NCBI GenBank assembly: GCA_038251275.1
Contig: JBBSBM010000014.1
Location: 24,853-88,852 of the forward strand
Length of the DNA stretch: 64,000 nt
Direction of reading: 5' to 3'
From: Aggregatilineales bacterium
Lineage (GTDB): Bacteria; Chloroflexota; Anaerolineae; Aggregatilineales; Phototrophicaceae
Position 1 is the stretch's first letter; each line of letters begins with the position of its first letter. The position numbers and the translations under genes were made by a program. The notes below the pieces were generated by a model that was not told the origin of the DNA, did no database searches, and saw only the letters and a list, made by a program, of their open reading frames with translations. Below, one piece after another: positions 57,398 through 64,000 of this stretch.

Positions 57398-59136
57398 TCA
57401 CCACGAACGAACCGTAAATATCTGTAGAATGCGAAGATTGTCCGGTGTTAGACCGAGTGCAGTCACACGCTGATTATCCCCTGATTGATAAACCACCAAT
57501 TCCAGTTCAAAGGTATGCTCTCCTTCCCGCGAAAAGGGAATACTGTCGGGCAAATTGAGGGTTCGTTCCTCCACATAAAGTTGATTCAGCCTCCAACGGC
57601 TGGTTTCAGAAGGCTTCTTCGAAAAATCCATCGGTTCAAGACTAACCAACTGCGGAGCGCTATCCAACTGCGTAATGAGTGTTCCCGTTGCACTATCGAC
57701 CACATACAAGCCGATACTGTAATCCAACGGCGGCGGACTATCGGCTGACCACCACAAGCGCAGGGTAATGCTGTCACTCTCGCGACGAACCAGCGGGATC
57801 GAGATCGGTTGTCCATCTTCTAAAATCTCATAGCCGTGAAAGCGCATTCCGTTGGCGTACAAGACTCCGGTTGGGTCAGGTGGAGCGATATACAAGCGAA
57901 ACAGGCAGTTCCAAGGGCCGTTGAAAATCGACGGCAAACGGTCGTCGTTTACTTCACCTTTCAATTGAGGATCATTCCAACCGTCGGCAGCGATATACCA
58001 CACCCGCCGATAACCCGCTGGATTATTGACAATGTTAATACCCTGTGGGAAATAGAGACGCGTGTAATAGTCCCATTCGTCTTTGTAGATGGAACATTCT
58101 TGCTTGGGGTCTATGACGACCGCATCACCCCAGCGGGCATTCTGTGCCAACCACGCGAAATTCATTCCCAACGGCGGATTAGGCGCACCACTTTCATCAA
58201 GGCTTCCGGGCAACGCAGGTATAAAAAGACCAGCGAGCAGTAGTGCGAAACAACCAAGCAGCGCGGGCTTAGGCAGGTACGAGAGTCCCCATGCCATCAA
58301 CAATACAACAGGTGTAACCAGCCACCACGCGTGTCTTTGACCCGTAAAACCCAACCGACCACCTAAGAAAATCAATAGCGCACAACCGATTGACCTGTGT
58401 AGTAGAGGAAGAAGGAATAAACGCTGTTGAGATCGACAATCGAAGATGAACTATCAATACGCGAGGTGGCGGTTCCAAAGCGAATTAGTAACTGTGGCAA
58501 TGAGAGAACTAACACGATTATTCCCGGCAGAAGCCAGCGTAAAATGCGGCGTGGATAGGCAAAAAGGGAATACGCACCTAAAACGATGCAGGCCAACATG
58601 CCAGTCGGGTGGATATACACCATCGCCAGCATTGTTATGGCTAGGGTGATGCTCATTAGATAATCACGCCATGTCAAACGTTTCGCATCAAAAAAGCGCA
58701 GTAGTAACCAGAATCCCAAGGGCATAAGCGCGAGTTGTGGGGCATAACCTCTGATATTCAGGCTGAGGTAAATAATTCCCGCGGAAGTGGCATAGAGGAG
58801 TGTGGTCAGCAACGGAGCATAACCGGAACGCAGCCGAGCCATCGCACGATACATGAACGCTGAACCGAGCACCAACCACAGAACCGATAACACACGGGCG
58901 GTTTCGGTATGAACGCCAACCATATTCTGCCAGCCGTACATCACCACATAGTACAGCGGTCCCCAATCATAAGGTGTACGGTTGATGACCTGTGGCAATG
59001 TGCCAACGGACTGCCACATCGTCCAAACTTCATGAGGATCGAGTTCGAGTTGTCGGAAGTAAGGAACGCGGCTTAGGACGATCAACACCAGCAGCAAGGC
59101 AAAAAGCAGAACTGCCCATAGTTTGCGATTTCGCAT
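57398..59136 (-). pseudogene. GT-C (PMT_2/GT39-like) glycosyltransferase split into two frames at about 58375
   Basis: 58372-59136 has the N-terminal DPHE..PYDWGPLYY..RGYA; 57398-58375 has the last TMs and the C-terminal LRLWW...DYSIG domain. Confidence 0.7.
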
Positions 59137-59200
59137 AAAGGATGCTCAATAATTCACGATTGCCAGTAGTCTATAGGTTAGGTGGGGTAATTTCAATTAT

Positions 59201-59563
59201 TTAGCTGCTAGCAACGGCGACGGCTGAAGCGTATTCATCGGTATGGGTCAGGCTCACATCCCATTGAACCAAGCCCATTTCTTCAGCGAGTTTGGCGGCT
59301 GCGCCGTGCAAGTGCAGCGTCGGGCGGCCGCGTTCATCACAGCGAATTTCAATCTCAACCCAACGAATGTCACCAATGCCAGTGCCAAATGCTTTGCTGA
59401 CGGCTTCTTTGCCTGCCAGCCGTGCGGCTAAACGGTTGGGCTTATCGTTGCAATCCTGACGTTCACCTGCTGTAAAGAAGCGGTTGAGGAAACGTTCGCC
59501 CAAGCGGGCAATCCCGTCTTCAACACGCTTATTTTCGATCATATCAATTCCGCAGCGGAGCAT
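59201..59563 (-). CDS. acpS: Holo-[acyl-carrier-protein] synthase
   Basis: GIDMIE..R, AAR.AGKEAVSKAFGTG, VSLTH. Confidence 0.93.
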   Translation of the reverse strand: MLRCGIDMIENKRVEDGIARLGERFLNRFFTAGERQDCNDKPNRLAARLAGKEAVSKAFGTGIGDIRWVEIEIRCDERGRPTLHLHGAAAKLAEEMGLVQWDVSLTHTDEYASAVAVASS

Positions 59564-59587
59564 ATAGATAATCTCTTTCTTCAACAT

Positions 59588-60748
59588 TTAATTGCATTGG
59601 GCTTCACCATTAAAACCCGCAGGACTCCAAACGGGTGGTGTGTTGGCTTGAGGCAGATTGGTGAGTGACCATTGCCCGCTAGTGACATCCGCCAGTCCTA
59701 AAGCATACTCACTACGGAAGGCCAGCCAACGTCCATCGGCACTAAAGCGGGGATAATCAGCAAACCGAAGATTGGGATCAGGCAGATATTGTTTAGAATC
59801 CGTATCCCCATTTCCAACCAAGGGTACTTTCCACATGGTATTATCCGTAATGTTCTGGAAATCACGCGCCACTCCTAAAATGGATGCGCTGTCTGGAAAC
59901 CATGTGGTATCCATAATCTCGCTCCACATGTAGCTCAACTGGGTAGCTATCGCTCCGTCAGTATTGCCAATCATCCAGAAGGTATCGTTGTTAGGGCTGG
60001 GCGAGTAGATGAAGCTAATCAGAAAGCCATCAGGTGACCAGCGTGGCGCACGAACGCTGCCCGTCGGGAAATTAGTTAGGCGATATTTAGTTTTGCCATC
60101 AGCGCTGACCACCCACAAATCAGCCTCATGCAACATGCTTACCGCACCTTGTCCTTCAGGTGTTGGTACAGCCGTTGAATTGATGTCCACACCGGGAACG
60201 CGTTCGGTGAACGAAATATAAGCGATCCATTTGCCATCCGGTGACCAACGCGCTTCATATTCACTGCCGCTCACGCTGTAAATATCCGGTGTTCCGCCAG
60301 CCGCATCTATGACAGCGAGATGGCTGGTGGTCTTACCCGACTTCGTATCTTTTCGCAGCAGGTTAAAGGCAATCTTTGAGCCATCCGGCGAGGCTTGCGG
60401 TTCCCAAACACCCCATGCCTCGGACGGCAGATCATTAAACTGCACCAAAGAGTGATTATCACTGCCATCGAGTTTGGCGCTGTAAACACGGGCAAAGGCT
60501 GGCCCGTCGCTGGTAGTATAGATCACACGGCAGCCATCCGCTGTGAAGCCCCACGGCATCAGCCAGCCGTTACCCAGCTTCAGCGAACGCTGTCCACCAT
60601 TACTGACATCATAGAGAATGATCTGATCCTGCTCCGCTGTATTGACCGCGATGAGAGGGCCAACCAAGGGCGTGAGACTGCTTTGAGCCTGCACATTGAC
60701 GATGCCAAAAAACAGCAGAACCCCCACCAACAAGAAAATTTTTCGCAT
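59588..60748 (-). CDS. Secreted TolB-like (PD40 repeat) beta-propeller protein
   Basis: Signal peptide; repeated SPDG.KIAF / WSPDGKWIAY / WSPDG / FSADGRWLAF. Confidence 0.85.
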   Translation of the reverse strand: MRKIFLLVGVLLFFGIVNVQAQSSLTPLVGPLIAVNTAEQDQIILYDVSNGGQRSLKLGNGWLMPWGFTADGCRVIYTTSDGPAFARVYSAKLDGSDNHSLVQFNDLPSEAWGVWEPQASPDGSKIAFNLLRKDTKSGKTTSHLAVIDAAGGTPDIYSVSGSEYEARWSPDGKWIAYISFTERVPGVDINSTAVPTPEGQGAVSMLHEADLWVVSADGKTKYRLTNFPTGSVRAPRWSPDGFLISFIYSPSPNNDTFWMIGNTDGAIATQLSYMWSEIMDTTWFPDSASILGVARDFQNITDNTMWKVPLVGNGDTDSKQYLPDPNLRFADYPRFSADGRWLAFRSEYALGLADVTSGQWSLTNLPQANTPPVWSPAGFNGEAQCN

Positions 60749-60877
60749 TCTTTCCCTAAGCGTTATTGGCAATATTAGCATAAGCGTAGCGGAAGAGGCG
60801 GTCAGCCGTCAAATTGAAATGAAGACTATGGGGTATAAGTAGCCGAATAGTTGATCTTATTCAATCAATGAGACAAT

Positions 60878-62062
60878 ATGTTCACTTCACTTCGGACGAA
60901 CCGTATTCTGCAATGGGAACTGAGACAAGGTTCTGTAACAAGGGGAATAAACTGGTCGTTTATCTGGTTGAGGGTCGTTCCGCTGACCGTTTTAACGCTT
61001 ATCGCCCTCATCCCTGTTTTCTATTACATCGACGACAGCCGCATAGACTGGCTGCCTTTAATGGCGATTATCTTATTCTTGCCACGTCCGATTCTGGCAA
61101 TACGAACTATTTTTGTAGGCATACAAAGTGTTCGCCAAGATATAATTCAGGGGCGTTGGGAACCTCTGATTCTCACGGGCATTCCGGCACGAAAGATCAT
61201 TTGGCGCAAATGGGTAAAAGTTGTAAGGCAAACTTCGCCCGACCAGATTTTATTTTCATTACCTGCTATCGGATTGGCGCTGGGTATCAGTCAGTTTTTT
61301 CTAGCTACTAACTTCACATGTGGTCAAGGACAACCCGTATATCCTTTAGCAGCTCCATATCAAACGATCACTATATTGTTCCATCCTTATTGTTATTCAA
61401 GTGCTGCGATTTACTACGCAGGTCAGATTAACCCATCTGGAGCAGTGTTCGTCATCGGAATATTGCTGTTCCTGATTATGACATTTTTTGAAATGGGTTT
61501 GAACGCAAGCATCAGTGTACTTGCTGGTTTTAGTAATTTTGCCTCTAAAGGTCTGGGCATTATTTATGGGGTAATCATACGAGGCAGCTTATTAGGCATC
61601 ATCTTTTTAGCAATTCCACTGATACACGACTATATCAAGCAAAACATTGATTGTTACCATGTGACGTTTATTGAAACTTTTACTTGCCAAACAGGCTCTT
61701 ATCAAACTTTGAGTACAATATATCGAGCCACCGATACGGTTGAAGTAGCAATCATGCCATTACTCGACCAAGGCACACTTCTTGCAGCGAATGTCATGCG
61801 TCCAAAAGATGATCGGCTGTGGCAAATCTATTTTCGTCCACACGATGATTATCGATTGAGATATTTGAACAGGTTGAAATACGAAACTTCTCATATATTT
61901 ACGATAGATGGTTACTATGACAACCGTCCTTTCGTTTTGCGAAATCTGATTGCTGCCGCGATTAGTGGCTCATTCTACGGGCTGCTGATCCGGTACTTCT
62001 TGCGCAGAGCAACACGGTTTGCGATTGTCAATCACGGCGCATCGGGTTACCTCGAACTATGA
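60878..62062 (+). CDS. Hypothetical multi-pass membrane protein (ABC-2 permease-like N-terminus)
   Basis: ...I..GRWEPLILTGI.ARKII..KW motif; several TM helices. Confidence 0.65.
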   Translation: MFTSLRTNRILQWELRQGSVTRGINWSFIWLRVVPLTVLTLIALIPVFYYIDDSRIDWLPLMAIILFLPRPILAIRTIFVGIQSVRQDIIQGRWEPLILTGIPARKIIWRKWVKVVRQTSPDQILFSLPAIGLALGISQFFLATNFTCGQGQPVYPLAAPYQTITILFHPYCYSSAAIYYAGQINPSGAVFVIGILLFLIMTFFEMGLNASISVLAGFSNFASKGLGIIYGVIIRGSLLGIIFLAIPLIHDYIKQNIDCYHVTFIETFTCQTGSYQTLSTIYRATDTVEVAIMPLLDQGTLLAANVMRPKDDRLWQIYFRPHDDYRLRYLNRLKYETSHIFTIDGYYDNRPFVLRNLIAAAISGSFYGLLIRYFLRRATRFAIVNHGASGYLEL

Positions 62063-62120
62063 ATTAAAAGGGCGAACCCATTGGCTCGCCCTTCGTTTAC
62101 AAACAGTCAGTCTGTAAGAA

Positions 62121-63107
62121 TTACGGTGTGGTTACAGGCAAGTTTGTTCCTGATGGGCCACGGAACGCGCCCGAATCAGCAGATAACCAACCCTTAACAA
62201 TCGCGTTGTCACAAGTGGCCTGAACTTCATACCAATCAGTCGCCTTGTTGCGCCCGACGAGTATGTATTCGGTATTGCCAGCGATATTGCACAACGGTAC
62301 AGCATTCGCAACCGGAGCCGAACGCAGCGCAGCATGGCTAAAAACAAACAAGGTCGCAGGTGTAATTTCGCCTTCTGACGGAACCACCGACACACTGGTC
62401 AGATCGCCACGTGCCACAAGGAACTCGGCCTTTGCCCAACCGACAATATCCCCTGCTTGCACCAACCACCAAGTGAACTTGAGGTTACGACCCAAGGGGA
62501 TGAGTTTGGTGCCGCCATCAACGATGCCCACCAGCGTATATTCCGGACCGTCACCACTGCGGAGGGAGAGGTTATCGGTGTTCACGATAAGGAAACCGGG
62601 CAAATTCTTGGTAAGCGCCTCATCATTGGTCGGGCGCGGTGGAACAGCGTTAATATCTACCGAAGGAGAGGTCTCGCCGTTCAAAAAGAGTGGCAGCGCA
62701 CCCAGACTCGACAACCCATCGCAACTTCCGGTCGCTACAGCGATGGTTTGTTCATCAAAATCATTGCCCGCCAAACTGACAACACGCAAAGTCAATGGGT
62801 TGTACTGTGGTGTGGATGTCCACTCGACCACATTACTTGCCGTCCATGACACTGTGCCACCCACAAAGAAACTATCAACAACAGGTTTATAAATAATGTT
62901 ACCGACACCGTCAGTGACCACCACTTGAAATGCTTCACGCATTGAACCGGTGTTATCACGGTCAAGCAAGATCTGCCCGCTGCCGGAAAACCCTTTGCAG
63001 TCCAGTGCAAAGCTCGCATCAACCGTGCTTCCAGCGCTGGCTGGCAGTACAGCCGCGCCTAGTACCAGTGCCATCACAAACAGGATGAACGTTGAACGCC
63101 GCAGCAT
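62121..63107 (-). CDS. Secreted protein with two C-terminal SH3b domains
   Basis: Signal peptide; LSLRSGDGPEY...GRN...WW.V...GW and a second GRN..TDWYEV...GW. Confidence 0.82.
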   Translation of the reverse strand: MLRRSTFILFVMALVLGAAVLPASAGSTVDASFALDCKGFSGSGQILLDRDNTGSMREAFQVVVTDGVGNIIYKPVVDSFFVGGTVSWTASNVVEWTSTPQYNPLTLRVVSLAGNDFDEQTIAVATGSCDGLSSLGALPLFLNGETSPSVDINAVPPRPTNDEALTKNLPGFLIVNTDNLSLRSGDGPEYTLVGIVDGGTKLIPLGRNLKFTWWLVQAGDIVGWAKAEFLVARGDLTSVSVVPSEGEITPATLFVFSHAALRSAPVANAVPLCNIAGNTEYILVGRNKATDWYEVQATCDNAIVKGWLSADSGAFRGPSGTNLPVTTP

Positions 63108-63201
63108 AAGTTTGCCCCCAAATTCTTATAATCAATTATCACACTAGCATTAATCATAACCAGAAACTGTTTTTCCGCAATTCATCAATCTCTAAGCGAG
63201 G

Positions 63202-63256
63202 CGTAGGATTTCCGTAGGGCTTGCGTAGTTTACGACTCATCTTTACCTGTTATATT
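63202..63256 (+). promoter_or_regulatory. Three CGTAG direct repeats at 11-bp period followed by an extended -10 (TGtTATATT)
   Basis: CGTAG at 63202, 63213 and 63224; TG-n-TATATT at 63248-63256. Confidence 0.55.
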
Positions 63257-63261
63257 GGCTG

Positions 63262-63347
63262 ATGTTCGGTGGCAGTTACCCCCACTTGCTGCCGAACAGG
63301 CTGCCCCGAATACCAAACGCCTCCGCCCCCCGGAGGCGTTTGGCTTT
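63262..63347 (+). ncRNA. Candidate ~85-nt sRNA or leader RNA with two hairpins bearing C-rich loops
   Basis: 12-bp stem 63263-63298 (loop contains CCCCC); perfect 13-bp stem 63313-63343 (loop CCCCC) followed by CTTT. Confidence 0.45.
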
Positions 63348-63438
63348 AACAATCTCGTCAGTTCTCCCAAAACTTTTTCTCATCTCCCACGTATAATCAG
63401 TAACATTCCGTTTCATAGCGCTTTTGGAGGAAAAGGTT

Positions 63439-64000
63439 ATGGCATCTGCAAATCCGCGCGTCATTTTACCCGGTACCACTCACAAACGTCTGGAAGGCTA
63501 TCCAGCTAACAGCCGCTGGCTCGATACACTTTCAATCATCACATCAGGTTTATTTCTTTTGGGATTATTTTTAGATGGATGGGCGCATAACAGTATTCCC
63601 AGCCTCGAAAGCTTTTTTACACCGTGGCACGCCGTACTTTATTCGGGGTTTTTCTCAGTTGCAATCTTGATGGGTGTTACTCAATATCGTAATGTCGGCA
63701 AAGGATATGCGTGGTCAAAAGCACTGCCGAAAGGTTATGGCCTATCGCTTTTAGGCGTAGCAATCTTTTTCATTGGCGGTGCGGGTGATATGGTTTGGCA
63801 CACCGTCTTTGGCATAGAGCAAAATTTGGAAGCCTTGTTCAGTCCGACTCACCTGTTGCTGGCAACCGGTTCATTCCTATTTATCAGCGGTCCATTGCGC
63901 TCATCATGGCAGCGCACAGGCTTAAAAGGCTGGCGTGACCTGTTCCCCGCTATCCTTTCGGTAACAATGTTGTTCACATTGTTTTCGTTCTTTACACAGT
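63439..64000 (+). CDS. Membrane protein, partial (runs off the window), with repeated DxxxH...PxH motifs
   Basis: GGAGG RBS; MASANPRV...LDGWAHN...ESFFTPWH...GDMVWH...EALFSPTH; absent from the ORF track because there is no stop in the window. Confidence 0.8.
   Translation, partial: MASANPRVILPGTTHKRLEGYPANSRWLDTLSIITSGLFLLGLFLDGWAHNSIPSLESFFTPWHAVLYSGFFSVAILMGVTQYRNVGKGYAWSKALPKGYGLSLLGVAIFFIGGAGDMVWHTVFGIEQNLEALFSPTHLLLATGSFLFISGPLRSSWQRTGLKGWRDLFPAILSVTMLFTLFSFFTQ

Noticed and set aside
62245-62892. 215-aa plus-strand ORF, and the many other 60-150 aa overlapping ORFs
   Set aside because: Antisense or alternative-frame shadows of well-supported genes, with no motifs or RBS.

Overview
64 kb of bacterial chromosome, roughly 48-50% GC by eye and gene-dense. 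The gene content (many GT-C/PMT-type glycosyltransferases, LysM-L,D-transpeptidases, SH3/PA14 proteins, several Uma2/DUF4058 nucleases, GAAC-N4-GTTC-type SOS boxes) points to Chloroflexota, probably Anaerolineae (inference). Housekeeping genes: asnS, sbcD, mmuM, folC, rluD-like, rsfS, acpS. I saw no rRNA, tRNA, CRISPR array, transposase or integrase. The strongest unexplained signal is a family of about 300-nt intergenic elements at ~14.44-14.76 kb (-), ~30.91-31.21 kb (+) and a diverged copy at ~53.37-53.67 kb (-). The two clear copies begin with a near-consensus sigma70 promoter that has a LexA-type box in its spacer. They share identical 16-23 nt blocks in shuffled order and a hairpin with a UCCCUCA loop, have no conserved ORF, and sit back-to-back with PD-(D/E)XK nuclease genes. 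This is a candidate DNA-damage-inducible ncRNA family or mobile repeat. Other notable items: a SARM1-like TIR-TPR protein, a HEPN-like AT-rich orphan, a YfhO-flippase fusion carrying in-frame palindromic repeat insertions, a Cys-less SoxR-like regulator with a clear operator, a probable CTG start for rsfS, a C-rich-loop sRNA candidate, and two disrupted genes. All family assignments come from motif recognition by eye, not from database searches.
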